This document shows, piece by piece, positions 49,805-61,736 of a stretch of DNA of 64,000 nucleotides. The notes beneath the pieces were generated by a model. It was not told the DNA's origin and did no database searches. It saw only the letters and a list, made by a program, of their open reading frames with translations. The position numbers and the translations under genes were made by a program. The stretch is from contig CAWEDO010000001.1 of NCBI GenBank assembly GCA_963807915.1, positions 351,701 through 415,700 on the forward strand. Direction: 5' to 3'. Origin of the DNA: an uncultured Chloroflexia bacterium (GTDB lineage Bacteria > Chloroflexota > Limnocylindria > QHBO01). Numbering within the stretch: the first letter of the stretch is position 1; each line of letters starts with the position of its first letter.

Positions 49805-50349
49805 CCCGACTGGCGCCTTACCTCCGCCAGCCACCGGTCGGCGGCGCGCCCCGACCGCAGCCGGATCGCGACGAGGTCCGGCCGTGCGGCAAGCAGGGGC
49901 GGGTACTCGCGCCGGCGCAGGCGGTAGGTGGTGAGGATCCACCACAGCAGCGAGTCGCGGCTGAAGAGGTGGGTCGAGAGGCGTTCGCGGTTGCCGCTCC
50001 ACAGCTCCTCGCGGCGGGCGACGCGCCGGGTGGTCCGGACCAGGTACCGCCACAGGACTGTCCGCAGCGGCAGGTCGAGCCATACGACCGCCTCGGCGCG
50101 TTCCCAGAGCAGGTCCCGCACCTTCGCGTAGTTGCCGTCCACGACCCACCCGTCAGCGGCGATTGCTGTAGCGACCCGCTCGCGCAGGACGTCGTCCGGC
50201 GCCTCGGTCCAGTCGGGCTCCCAGTGGAGCGCGTCGAGCTCGACGTGCGGCACCCCCAGGCTCGAGGCCAGCGCGGCCGCCAGGGTCGACTTCCCGGTTG
50301 CGCTGGTCCCGACCACGTTGATCCGGCGCGCGGAGAATCGGTCGGGCAT
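49801..50349 (-). CDS. Adenylate-kinase-like P-loop protein
   Basis: GTSATGKST, ELDALHW, WVVDGNY, WLDLP. Confidence 0.85.
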   Translation of the reverse strand: MPDRFSARRINVVGTSATGKSTLAAALASSLGVPHVELDALHWEPDWTEAPDDVLRERVATAIAADGWVVDGNYAKVRDLLWERAEAVVWLDLPLRTVLWRYLVRTTRRVARREELWSGNRERLSTHLFSRDSLLWWILTTYRLRRREYPPLLAARPDLVAIRLRSGRAADRWLAEVRRQSG

Positions 50350-50468
50350 GGGCCTCCCTCGCTGGTCGTCGGCGGCCGACATTCTAGGCGGCGGCAGGGG
50401 TGGCGCCGCAGCATCGGCCCCAATGCCTGCTGGCGGATGCCGGGTGGCCTCATGTACCCTGCGGCGGT

Positions 50469-51671
50469 ATGTCCACCCCCCTCCCCGGGCAGATTCGCTG
50501 TCCGACCTGCCACCGCTCCACCCCGCCGGCGGCCTTCTGCACGCAGTGTGGGACGGCGATCCCGGCGTCGGCCCGGGCGAGGCCGCGCGGCCTCGATCGC
50601 GAGGAGCTTCAGGACCGGATTCGGATCCACCGGCCGGGCGATGCCGCGTTCCGGCGGGGCTCGACGCCCGGCGAGGGGTACGAGCCGCCGCCCTCCCCGT
50701 ACCAGCCGTTCCGGCCCGAGCCCGAGGATGAGCTGGTCCTGCCCGGGTCGGAGAGCGGCGAGACTCCGGCCCGCGTCGACAACACGCCGCCGGGCTTCGA
50801 CGACCGCCCGCCGCCGATCCCGGCCGCCCCGCCTCCGCCGGTCGTGCAGCCACCGCAGGCGCCTCCGCCGCCGGCGCGGGTCTTCAAGCAGCCCGCCCCC
50901 GCCGTGTCACCGCGGGCTGCCGCTGCCCAGCCGCCCCCGGTCGTCGCTCCGTCACCGGTCGTCGCCGCGCCGCCCCCTGCCGCACCCGCCCACGAATTCG
51001 ACGAGCCGGAGCAGCCCTACGACCCGGCCGAGCCCTACGACTACCGCTACCCCCCGCCCGACGACGAGTGGCGCCGCCGGGGATCCGGCTCGGGCTCCGG
51101 CATGGGTCCACTCGCCGTCGGCGGGTTCGTCCTGCTCGGCATCCTGGCGATCGCGGTCGGTGCCGTGATGGCCGGCGTATTCAGTGGTGGCGTCGCCGTC
51201 GAATCGCCGTCGAGCACCCCGCTCATCTCGGTGGCCCCGAGCGTGACCCTGGAGCCGAGCCTCGGGCCGTCGACGCAGCCGTCGAGCGGCCAGCCGACCC
51301 CTGCCGCGAGCGGCGGTTCGCCCCTTCCCTTCCCGGATGGGTTCAACGCCCGAACCGAGCCCTGCGCCGAGGAGCCCGCCAGCCAGGACGGCTGCAACTC
51401 GAGCGGCGCCACGGTCAGCGGCGGATCGGTCTGGGTCTGGATCGGCTTCAGGAAGGGCAATTCCGAGGACCTGCTGTCGGTCAGCGTCGTGAATGCCTCT
51501 GGCCAGACGGTGGGCGACGGGAGCCTCTCGCTCGGTTCCATCGGCTGCGCGAACCCGTGCAGCGGATGGGCGCGCTTCCGCTTCAGCGGCCTTGCGGTCG
51601 GGAACTACACGATCCGGGTCGAGCGCAACGAGACGCTCGCCGCCGAGGCCACCTTCACGGTGACCGGCTAG
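50469..51671 (+). CDS. Zn-ribbon / Pro-rich / single-TM protein with Cys-containing extracellular Ig-like domain
   Basis: CPTC..FCTQCG, long Pro-rich region, TM (LAVGGFVLLGILAIAVGAVMA), S/T linker, C-terminal GNYTIRVE beta domain. Confidence 0.75.
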   Translation: MSTPLPGQIRCPTCHRSTPPAAFCTQCGTAIPASARARPRGLDREELQDRIRIHRPGDAAFRRGSTPGEGYEPPPSPYQPFRPEPEDELVLPGSESGETPARVDNTPPGFDDRPPPIPAAPPPPVVQPPQAPPPPARVFKQPAPAVSPRAAAAQPPPVVAPSPVVAAPPPAAPAHEFDEPEQPYDPAEPYDYRYPPPDDEWRRRGSGSGSGMGPLAVGGFVLLGILAIAVGAVMAGVFSGGVAVESPSSTPLISVAPSVTLEPSLGPSTQPSSGQPTPAASGGSPLPFPDGFNARTEPCAEEPASQDGCNSSGATVSGGSVWVWIGFRKGNSEDLLSVSVVNASGQTVGDGSLSLGSIGCANPCSGWARFRFSGLAVGNYTIRVERNETLAAEATFTVTG

Positions 51672-52744
51672 CCGTCCCTCGTCCGGCCGCTCGGTCTGGG
51701 CGTGCCCCCGGCATCGCGTCGCTTCGCGGCGAGCGCGCTGATCGCCTCCATCACGCAGCGATGCGCGACCGCGGAAGTGATCTCGCTCACGTCGTAGGCG
51801 GGCGCCACCTCCACCACGTCCATCCCGGCCAGCTCCACCGCGCCGACGATCTGCCGGATCGCGCGCAGCAGCTCGCGCGACAGCATCCCGCCCGGCTCGG
51901 GCGTGCCGGTCCCCGGTGCCATCCCCGGATCCAGGACGTCGATGTCGATCGACAGGTAGATCAGCTCCGGCCCGTCGAGCGCTTCCGCGATCGCGTCCGC
52001 GACCACAGCCTCGGCTCCGCGCTCCTCGATCTCGGTCATGAAGTGGACGCGCAGCCCGTGCTCCTCCATCCACTCGAGGATCTCCGGAGGCGGCCAGTAG
52101 CCGCGCAACCCGACCTGCACGAAGTTGCGGCCGTCGATGGCCCCGGACTCGATCAGCCGCCGCATCGGCGTGCCGTGCGAGGCCAGCACCCCCCAGGTGC
52201 TGTTGGCCGCGTCGGCGTGCGCGTCGAAGTGCACCATGCCGAGGCGCTTCGGGGCGATCGCCTCCGCCACGGCGGATGCCGACGGGAAGGTGATCGAGTG
52301 GTCGCCGCCGAGGACGATCGGGATCGCCCCGGCCGTCGCCACCTCCAGCACCTTGCGCCGAATCACGGCGTGCCCTCGCTCGAGGTTGGCAGGCACCACG
52401 GGCGCGTCGCCCGCGTCGACCACGTCGATCCATTCGAACGGCTCGATTCCCAGCTGCAGGGAGTTCGGAGAGCCAGCGTCGTAGTGCGCCGCCCGGATCG
52501 CCCGCGGCCCGAAGCGCGCACCGGGCCGATGGCTGACGGCGTCGTCGAACGGCGCGCCAACGATCGCCACGTCCGGGCGTCGTGCGGCCAGTGCCGCCGC
52601 ATCGGTCAGCTCCGGAAGCTTGTGGAAGCTCGTCCGACCGACGTACGCGGGAAGGTCGAAGTCATCGAACTCGGTGTAGGGGTCGAGCCCGGTCGGGACG
52701 TGCTCCGGATTGGGGCCGCTGTGGCGGCGCGTCTCATCTGCCAT
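51668..52744 (-). CDS. speB: Agmatinase/ureohydrolase family
   Basis: RPGARFGPRAIR, LGGDHS, FDAHAD, SHGTP, SIDIDVLDP, GTGTPEPGG, DVVEVAP. Exact substrate is uncertain. Confidence 0.85.
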   Translation of the reverse strand: MADETRRHSGPNPEHVPTGLDPYTEFDDFDLPAYVGRTSFHKLPELTDAAALAARRPDVAIVGAPFDDAVSHRPGARFGPRAIRAAHYDAGSPNSLQLGIEPFEWIDVVDAGDAPVVPANLERGHAVIRRKVLEVATAGAIPIVLGGDHSITFPSASAVAEAIAPKRLGMVHFDAHADAANSTWGVLASHGTPMRRLIESGAIDGRNFVQVGLRGYWPPPEILEWMEEHGLRVHFMTEIEERGAEAVVADAIAEALDGPELIYLSIDIDVLDPGMAPGTGTPEPGGMLSRELLRAIRQIVGAVELAGMDVVEVAPAYDVSEITSAVAHRCVMEAISALAAKRRDAGGTPRPSGRTRDG

Positions 52745-52874
52745 CGGGGATGGCTGACGCCCTCCTGCGAACGATGGCGGGCGCCGTCGCGGCGCGGAGC
52801 AGGCCCGCAGCTGAAGCGGCCCCGATCCTAGCAGAGGCCGTCCAGCCGGGGGCTCCTGCTACCATCGATCGGCC

Positions 52875-53270
52875 ATGCCCGACGACCGCCGCACCTACAC
52901 GATGGACGAGGCAAACGCGCTCATTCCGCAGGTCCGCGCGGTCCTGCTGCAGCTCGCCGTCCAGCAGCGCCGGCTCGACGCCTCGCATGCCGAGATGCAC
53001 CGCCAGCTCGATGCGAACGGCGGCCCGGAGGGCGCCATGGCGGCCGGCCGCCAGGAAGCGGAGACGGCCGACATTCGCGAGGGGATGCGGACGCTGCTCG
53101 TCCACCTCAGCGAGATGGCGGTCGAGCTGCGCGACATCGAGATGGGCCTGGTCGACTTCCCGGGCGAACGCGACGGCGAGCCCGTCTGGCTCTGCTGGCG
53201 CCTGTCCGATGCGCGCGTCGCGTTCTGGCACCCGACCGACGAGGGGTACGCGACGCGGCGGCCGTGGTGA
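52875..53270 (+). CDS. DUF2203 family protein
   Basis: YT.DEANALIP, GLVDFP, WLCWR, FWH...GYA.RRP. Confidence 0.85.
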   Translation: MPDDRRTYTMDEANALIPQVRAVLLQLAVQQRRLDASHAEMHRQLDANGGPEGAMAAGRQEAETADIREGMRTLLVHLSEMAVELRDIEMGLVDFPGERDGEPVWLCWRLSDARVAFWHPTDEGYATRRPW

Positions 53271-53280
53271 TCGGCGGCTG

Positions 53281-54201
53281 ATGTCGGTCACCGTCATCGG
53301 TGACACAACCCTGGACGTCACGGTGCGGCCGTCCGAGGCACCTCGTCCAGGCGGTGACGTGCCCGCCAGCATCTGGCTCTCGCCGGGTGGGCAGGGCGCC
53401 AACGTGGCGGTCCGGCTGGCGCGCGCCGGCGTGGGGGTGCGGCTCGCCACCGGCATCGGCGACGACGCGGCCGGGCTCCTGCTGCGAACGGCGCTGGAGG
53501 CCGATGGCGTCGCGATCGTCCGGCTCTCCGCCGTGCGCAGTGGCCTGGTGATCGCGCTGCTCGACGATACGGGCGAGCGGGCGATGCTCTCCGACCGCGT
53601 CACCCTCGACCCCGGTCAGCTTGGCGCGGCGTGCGAGGGAGCGGCCTGGGTGCACTGCTCCGCCTACGCCCTCGCCGATGACGCCAGCGGCGACGCGCTG
53701 GCCGAGGCGCTCGGCTCGCTGCCGGCGGCCACGACCGTCAGCGCCGGCGGCGGCTCGCTGCCGGACGATCCCGCGCTGGCGGGGCGCGTGCGGCGACGCC
53801 TCTCCATGGCGGGCGTCGCGCTCCTCCTCCTCGGTCGCGACGAGGCCTCGGCCCTGCTGGACCAGCGGCTGCCATCCCTGCCCGCCGCGGCCGATGCCCT
53901 GGCCAGCACCTTCCCCTCCCTCATCGCAATCGTCACCGGCGGGGAGGCGGGGTCCGCGGCGGCCGGGCCTGGCTTTGCGATCTCGGTGCCGGCGATCGAG
54001 CAGACCAGCCCGATGGTCGATGCAACCGGAGCTGGCGACGCGTACGCCGCCGGCGTGATCGCCCGGCTGCTGGAGAGCGGCTGGCCACCAGAGGTGGCGG
54101 CACTGCGCGAAGCGATGGAGCGCGGCGCCCGGGATGGCGGCCTCGCCTCGCGCACGCTCGGTGCCCAGGGCACGACGAGGGCGGAGCTCGTGGGTCGATG
54201 A
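53281..54201 (+). CDS. PfkB family kinase, probable pseudouridine kinase
   Basis: PGGQGANVA, DATGAGDAY; ATGA-coupled to psuG. Confidence 0.85.
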   Translation: MSVTVIGDTTLDVTVRPSEAPRPGGDVPASIWLSPGGQGANVAVRLARAGVGVRLATGIGDDAAGLLLRTALEADGVAIVRLSAVRSGLVIALLDDTGERAMLSDRVTLDPGQLGAACEGAAWVHCSAYALADDASGDALAEALGSLPAATTVSAGGGSLPDDPALAGRVRRRLSMAGVALLLLGRDEASALLDQRLPSLPAAADALASTFPSLIAIVTGGEAGSAAAGPGFAISVPAIEQTSPMVDATGAGDAYAAGVIARLLESGWPPEVAALREAMERGARDGGLASRTLGAQGTTRAELVGR

Positions 54202-55137
54202 GCACCCAGACCCCGCTCCGCATCTCGGAGGAGGTCGCCTCGGCCATCGCCGAGGGGCGTCCGGTGGTGGCCCTCGAATCGAGCCTCATCGCGCAGGGAC
54301 TTCCCGTCCCGCACAACCTCGAGACGGCCATCGCCTCCGAGCGGGCGGTCCGTGACGAGGGTGCGGTCCCGGCCACCACCGCGATCGACGGCGGCCAGCT
54401 GGTGGTGGGGGCCGCCTCGGCCCTCCTGGAGCGGTTGGCAGACCCGAGCAGCGCGGCTGGCAAGGCGGGATCGCGCGACCTCGCGCCGCTCCTCGCCTCG
54501 GGGGCGTTGGCGTCGACGACGGTCAGCGCCGCGGCGCGCATCGCGGCCCTTGCCCGGATTCCGCTGCTCGCCACCGGGGGCATCGGCGGCGTCCACCGTG
54601 GCGCCGCCACCTCGTTCGACGTCAGCAGCGACATCGACGAGCTCGCATCGACCCGGGTGGCGATCGTGTGCAGCGGCGCGAAGTCGATCCTCGACCTGCC
54701 GGCCACGCTCGAGCTGCTCGAGACGCGGCGCGTGCCGGTGATCGGCATCGGCGTCGACGAGCTGCCGGCCTTCTACACGCGAGACCTCCGGACTCGTGCT
54801 CTCCCATCGGGTCGACACGCCAGCGGAGGCAGCGCGCGTGATCGTGCTGCACCTTGGCATGGAGGGCGCCGCGGGCATGCTCTTCGTTCAGCCGCCCCCG
54901 GCCGACCTGGCGATCCCCGGTGGCGACATCGCGGGCTGGATCGAGGTGGCCAACGCCGAGGCCCTCGAGCGGGGGATCCGGGGCGGTCGGGTGACGCCGT
55001 TCATCCTCGCGCGGCTCGCCGAGCTGTCGGATGGCCGCACCCTGCGCACGAACATCGGCCTGATCGTCAACAACGCCAGGATGGCTGCCCGCGTGGCGGT
55101 CGCCCTGGCGGCGATCCACCCGCCTCGCCAAGCCTGA
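54198..55137 (+). CDS. psuG: Pseudouridine-5'-phosphate glycosidase; frameshift ~54783
   Basis: VVALESS, TTVS, ATGGIGGVHRG, DVSSD, GAKSILD, then VTPFIL, G.TL.TNI.L..NNA. Confidence 0.92.
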
Positions 55138-55210
55138 GGGAACGCATACAGCCGACTGGTATCCTGCCATCAGCCCACATCGGGCCGCGACACGGCAGCA
55201 GGAGGTCGCC

Positions 55211-55753
55211 TTGCGGATCTACGACGGGAGTCCGCGGCAGGGCTGGGAAGAGGTCTTCCGAGGCATCGGTGCGTACGTCGACCGGGAGCGGATCAAGGAG
55301 CTGCTGCTGCTCGAGCTCGATGCCGGGTTCATCCTGCAGGGAATGGGGATGCCGCAGGCCGGGGCGCGCACCGAGTCCGAGATGACCCTCATCAAGGTCA
55401 CCCGGGAGCTGCCGGACGACGAGGTGGCCGAGCTCATGGAGGCCTCGGAAGCCAAGCGCGGCACCGCGGCCGGCGACACCCCGCACGCCGAGATCTCGAA
55501 CTACTACGAGCAGGCGATGCGCGTCATCGGCGCCTACCTCGACCTCAACAAGCCGCGCGACGTCTTCCTCTTCGAGCAGGAGGGCGCCTTCGTGCTGCGC
55601 CTCCTCATGCTCGGTGCCGGGTCGGCCCCGATGGGCCACCAGCTCGTCGAATTCACCCGGGACGACATCGTGGCTATGATCGATGCAGCACCAGGACAAC
55701 GAGACCACACCGCCCGGGAAGCCGGGCCACCTGACGGGGAGACCGTGGCATGA
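55211..55753 (+). CDS. Hypothetical protein with internal duplication
   Basis: GGAGG RBS with TTG start; two copies of R.IGAY.D. Confidence 0.75.
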   Translation: MRIYDGSPRQGWEEVFRGIGAYVDRERIKELLLLELDAGFILQGMGMPQAGARTESEMTLIKVTRELPDDEVAELMEASEAKRGTAAGDTPHAEISNYYEQAMRVIGAYLDLNKPRDVFLFEQEGAFVLRLLMLGAGSAPMGHQLVEFTRDDIVAMIDAAPGQRDHTAREAGPPDGETVA

Positions 55754-55902
55754 AGCTCTTCAAGATCCTGTTCGTCACCATCGGGGCCGTGCTGGCCGCG
55801 ATCATCATCATTCCGCTGACCGTGCTGGCCGGCCTCTTCGTCTGGCTCAAGCTGACCGAGGAGGGCGACGAGGACGACCTCGAGATCGAGGACGCCGTCT
55901 AG
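55750..55902 (+). CDS. 50-aa membrane peptide with acidic tail (absent from the ORF track)
   Basis: MKLFKILFVTIGAVLAAIIIIPLTVLAGLFVWLKLTEEGDEDDLEIEDAV*; ATGA overlap; strong GC3 bias. Confidence 0.75.
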   Translation: MKLFKILFVTIGAVLAAIIIIPLTVLAGLFVWLKLTEEGDEDDLEIEDAV

Positions 55903-56720
55903 CCGGTACTCAGCGCCCAGGCCGTCGTCCACGAGACCGCGGCCACGAGAATCCCGTACCAGAGTCGACGCTCGCTCGGCATCCCCTGGAGGATGCCGGC
56001 CAGGCCGATGAGCCCCAGCGCCACGCTGCCCGGCGTCGCGCGCCCGCCGATCAGCAGCGCGCCCCCGACGCCCAGGCCGACCGCCAGCGCGAGTCCCGCG
56101 GCGAGGAGGCGGGTCGTGCGGCGACCGAGCAGCTGGGCCAGGCTGCGCGAGGCGCCGGCCGTGTCGGCTTCCCAGTCCCGCAGCGTGTTGGCGAGGTGCG
56201 CGGCCATCGCGAAGGGGGCTACCAGCGGGATCGCCGGCAGCACGCGCTCGATCGGAACCCCCACGCCGGCCGCAACCCAGGCTGGCAGCAGCCCGAAGCT
56301 GACGAGATAGGGGAGCGGAGACAACGGCGTGCGGGACAGCCAGAGGTTGTAGGCCAGCGCCGACGCGGTCGCCGCCGACCCCAGCACCAGCGGCAGGGCG
56401 CCGGTGCGCCAGGACGCGACCAGCTGCACGGCCAGCCCGATCGAGGCGATCCAGGCGGCCGCGTTGAGGCCCACGTCTCCGGCGGGCAGCGGCTTCTCCG
56501 GCCGGACCGTCGCGTCCCGGAAGCGGTCGGCGATGTCGTTCGTCGCCCCGGTGAAGACCTGGGAGCCAGCCACGGCCAGGACCGTGAGCAGCCATCGTTC
56601 GTCGATCCGGAAGCCTGCCTGCGTGGCCAGGATCGCGCCGAGCGCGGCGGCCAGCGCCACCACCGCAGCCGCGGGGGCGGGGTGGATCGAGACGAATGGC
56701 GGCAGGCATCGGCTCATCAT
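55899..56720 (-). CDS. UbiA family prenyltransferase
   Basis: NDIADRFRD..RPEKPL, YNLWL, HLANTLRD..D. Confidence 0.82.
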   Translation of the reverse strand: MMSRCLPPFVSIHPAPAAAVVALAAALGAILATQAGFRIDERWLLTVLAVAGSQVFTGATNDIADRFRDATVRPEKPLPAGDVGLNAAAWIASIGLAVQLVASWRTGALPLVLGSAATASALAYNLWLSRTPLSPLPYLVSFGLLPAWVAAGVGVPIERVLPAIPLVAPFAMAAHLANTLRDWEADTAGASRSLAQLLGRRTTRLLAAGLALAVGLGVGGALLIGGRATPGSVALGLIGLAGILQGMPSERRLWYGILVAAVSWTTAWALSTG

Positions 56721-56801
56721 CGCGCGTCGGGCGGACAGCCGGGGAGCCGGTGCGCTAGACTGACCTCCCGAGTACGGCGTTGGCGTCCGCTGCTCGCGTG
56801 A

Positions 56802-58548
<1,747 letters not shown>

Positions 58549-58552
58549 GCCG

Positions 58553-60127
58553 ATGAGCCCGCGCGCCGCTGCCGCCGGCAAGGCGGCCTTCAACCGGTCT
58601 GCCTACGAGCGCGATCTCGGCGCCTTCATCGCGCAGCGCGAGGAGGAGCTCTACCAGCATGGCGCCGGGGTCCGGGATGAGCTCGCCCTGGGACCGATCT
58701 ACGCCAGGCACGCCTCGCTGTTCAACCGCCACGGGGTCGATGCCCTTCGCGCCCTGGTCGAGGCCGGTGGGGCGGAAATCAGCCATAACCGCGCACTGCT
58801 GGCGGTGGCGACCGACGGTTTCATCGAGCAGGCAGTCGCCGGCATGACCGACGCGATCGGCACCGCCGAGGCCACCGCCGTGGTGGTCTGGCGAGGTGAG
58901 TCGATCCCGTACCGTGCGCTGCGCAACCGCATCGGCGACATCAGCGGCCGTGCCGAGCGCAACGGGCTGTACGCCTCGTACCTCGAGGCGGAGGAGGCCC
59001 TCAATCCGCTGCGTCGAGGCCGCTTCGATCGGATCGGCGAGCTGGCCCGCGAGCTCGGCTATGCGGACTACGTCGATCTCATCCGCGTGACACGCGGCTT
59101 CGATCCGGACCAGCTCGGCGCCGAGATCCGCGCCTTCCTGGCCGACTCGGAGACCCCGTACTTCGCCGCGCTGCGCCGCTTCCTGGCGCGGATCGAGATC
59201 GAGCAGGGGGACGCGAGCCTTGCCGACCTGTGGTACGTCCTGCGCGGAAGTGGGTGGGACAACTGGTTCGACGGCCGCAGGCTGATCGGGGTGCTGGAAT
59301 CCACCCTGCGCGGCCTCGGGATCGACCTTCGCGACCAGCCGGGCGCGACCCTGGACGTCGGGGCGCGGCCGAACAAGTCGCCCAGAGCGTTCGTCGCGGT
59401 CATCAACGCCCCCCGCGACGTGCGTCTCGTCATCCAGCCGCGCGGGGGCTGGAACGACTACGGCGTCGTCATGCACGAGGCGGGACACCTCGAGCACTTC
59501 CTGCACGTCGATCCACACCTGCCCATCTCGCTGCGGGAGCTCGGCGACGCGAGCGTGACGGAGGGATACGCCACGACCTTCGAACGCCTGCTGGGACAGC
59601 CCGCATGGCTGACCGAGGAGCTGGGCATGCCGCCCGAGCATGCGGTCGCGTTCGCCGATTTCTGGTCGCTGCGGTACCTGAACATCCAGCGGCTCACGGC
59701 AGCCCGCCATCTCCACGAGCTGCGCATGCACCGCGGCGGCGACGACGCCGTGCATCGCGCCACGTACGCTGGCCTGGCTGGTCTCATCACCGGCGTGCGC
59801 GAGCCCGAGGAGCGCTATCTGCTCATCGACGACGGGATGTATGCCGCGAACTACCTGCGCGCGTTCATGCTGGATGCGGCTCTCACCGACCACCTCACGG
59901 TCCGTCACGGGGAAACCTGGTGGCGCACCTCCGCCGCGGGCGAGACGCTCCGCCGCGCCTGGCATCGCGGGCAGGAATGGACTGCCGAGCAGGTGGTTGC
60001 GCATCTCGGGTATGATTCGCTGGACTGGCGACCGGTCGTGCGTCAGATTCGGGCCAGGCTCATCGGCGAGATGAGTGGCTACGGCGGGCCCAACATCACC
60101 ACTCGCGCAGGGACCCGCAAGGTCTGA
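58553..60127 (+). CDS. M3/gluzincin-like metallopeptidase
   Basis: KSPRAF, HEAGH, downstream VTEGYA, YAANYLRA. Confidence 0.7.
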   Translation: MSPRAAAAGKAAFNRSAYERDLGAFIAQREEELYQHGAGVRDELALGPIYARHASLFNRHGVDALRALVEAGGAEISHNRALLAVATDGFIEQAVAGMTDAIGTAEATAVVVWRGESIPYRALRNRIGDISGRAERNGLYASYLEAEEALNPLRRGRFDRIGELARELGYADYVDLIRVTRGFDPDQLGAEIRAFLADSETPYFAALRRFLARIEIEQGDASLADLWYVLRGSGWDNWFDGRRLIGVLESTLRGLGIDLRDQPGATLDVGARPNKSPRAFVAVINAPRDVRLVIQPRGGWNDYGVVMHEAGHLEHFLHVDPHLPISLRELGDASVTEGYATTFERLLGQPAWLTEELGMPPEHAVAFADFWSLRYLNIQRLTAARHLHELRMHRGGDDAVHRATYAGLAGLITGVREPEERYLLIDDGMYAANYLRAFMLDAALTDHLTVRHGETWWRTSAAGETLRRAWHRGQEWTAEQVVAHLGYDSLDWRPVVRQIRARLIGEMSGYGGPNITTRAGTRKV

Positions 60128-60249
60128 CCGGTCATCCGCCCCGCGCGTCCCCCGGACGAGAGCCTCAGGCTCAGCGTGGTCCCGTAGTACCTCGCCCGTG
60201 AGCTTCGCTCGCTACCCAGATCCCCCTTTTTCGAGGTTACAGGCACTCA

Positions 60250-61722
60250 ATGAACGACGACACCCGCTCCCAGCGCCGCGGTCGGCCCCGCCGCAGACCT
60301 GATGGGGGAGGCCCTCGCCGGCAGGCGCCACGCCCGGTCTACCAGGGGCGGCGCAACAACTACGCGACCGGCGGCTACTCGTCGATCTTCGCCGGGCCGT
60401 TCCCGCGCGAGGGCGACGAGACCGATGAGGGCTGGAACCTCGCCGACCTCCAGGCGCGCAGCCTCGAGGAGCTCCGCGAGCTGGGCAGCGAGCTGGGCGT
60501 CGAGGGAGCCGACGCGCTCGAGCACTCCGACCTCGTGCTGAAGCTGCTCGACGTCGTGCCGCTCACGCCGTCGCAGCCGCGCCAGGAGCAGAACGGACAG
60601 CCGGGGATCGCCACCGGGGTCCTCGAGATCGTGGACGAGGGCTTCGCCTTCCTGCGGCGTCACGGCGTGATGCCGTCGAACGACGACATCTACGTCAGCT
60701 CGTCACAGGTCCGTCGCTTCGGCCTGCGCACCGGCGACAAGGTGGAGGGCCAGACCCGGCCGCCCAAGGACCAGGAGAAGTACTGGGGCCTGCTGCGGGT
60801 CGACACCGTCAACGGCGTGGATCCCGACACGGCGCGGCGACGCCCGTACTTCGACACGCTGGTGCCGGTCTTCCCGGATGAGATGTTCGACATCGAGACC
60901 GATCAGAAGAACCTCACCCAGCGGCTCATCAACCTGATCAGCCCCATCGGCAAGGGCCAGCGTGGCCTGATCCTGTCGCCGGCCAAGGCCGGCAAGACGA
61001 CCGTCCTGAAGCACATCGCGGCGGGGATCACCGACAACTACCCCGAGGCCGTCCTCATGGTCGCCCTGATCGGCGAGCGGCCGGAGGAGGTCACCGACAT
61101 GAGTCGGAGCGTCAAGGGCGAGATCTTCGCCTCGACCTTCGACGAGCCGACCGAGAACCACACCCGCGTGGCGGAGATGTGCCTCGAGATCGCCAAGCGG
61201 CAGGTCGAGACGGGCCGTGACGTGGTGGTTCTGCTGGACTCGATCACGCGCCTGGCGCGCGCCTACAACCTGGCCTTGCCGGCATCCGGCAAGACCCTCT
61301 CCGGTGGCGTCGACCCGATCGCCCTCTACCCGCCGAAGCGCTTCTTTGGCGCGGCGCGCAACATCGAGGGCGGCGGCAGCCTGACCATCATCGCCACCTG
61401 CCTGGTCGACACCGGCTCCCGGATGGACGACGTCATCTACGAGGAGTTCAAGGGCACCGGCAACATGGAGCTGGCCCTCGACCGGAAGCTCTCGGAGAAG
61501 CGCATCTTCCCGGCCATCGACGTGCTCCGCTCGGGCACGCGCCGCGAGGAGCTGCTGCTCGACGAGAACACGCTGCGCATGATCTGGACGATGCGCCGCA
61601 TGCTCTCCGCGGTCGGCCCGAACGAGGGGATCGAGCTGCTCATGCAGCGGCTCGGGAAGACGAAGAACAACGCCGAGTTCCTCGTCTCGCTCAGCAAGAG
61701 CGTCGAAGCCTCCGAGCGCTGA
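60250..61722 (+). CDS. rho: Transcription termination factor Rho
   Basis: [60 protein letters not shown]. Confidence 0.97.
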   Translation: MNDDTRSQRRGRPRRRPDGGGPRRQAPRPVYQGRRNNYATGGYSSIFAGPFPREGDETDEGWNLADLQARSLEELRELGSELGVEGADALEHSDLVLKLLDVVPLTPSQPRQEQNGQPGIATGVLEIVDEGFAFLRRHGVMPSNDDIYVSSSQVRRFGLRTGDKVEGQTRPPKDQEKYWGLLRVDTVNGVDPDTARRRPYFDTLVPVFPDEMFDIETDQKNLTQRLINLISPIGKGQRGLILSPAKAGKTTVLKHIAAGITDNYPEAVLMVALIGERPEEVTDMSRSVKGEIFASTFDEPTENHTRVAEMCLEIAKRQVETGRDVVVLLDSITRLARAYNLALPASGKTLSGGVDPIALYPPKRFFGAARNIEGGGSLTIIATCLVDTGSRMDDVIYEEFKGTGNMELALDRKLSEKRIFPAIDVLRSGTRREELLLDENTLRMIWTMRRMLSAVGPNEGIELLMQRLGKTKNNAEFLVSLSKSVEASER

Positions 61723-61736
61723 TCCTCCCGCGACCC

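Noticed and set aside
50690-51070. C-rich low-complexity tract as a repeat element
   Set aside because: It simply encodes the Pro-rich linker of the Zn-ribbon membrane protein.
52745-52835. Guanidine riboswitch upstream of the ureohydrolase
   Set aside because: There is one GC hairpin (GCGCCG-CGA-CGGCGC), but no paired ACGR loops or ykkC consensus are recognisable.
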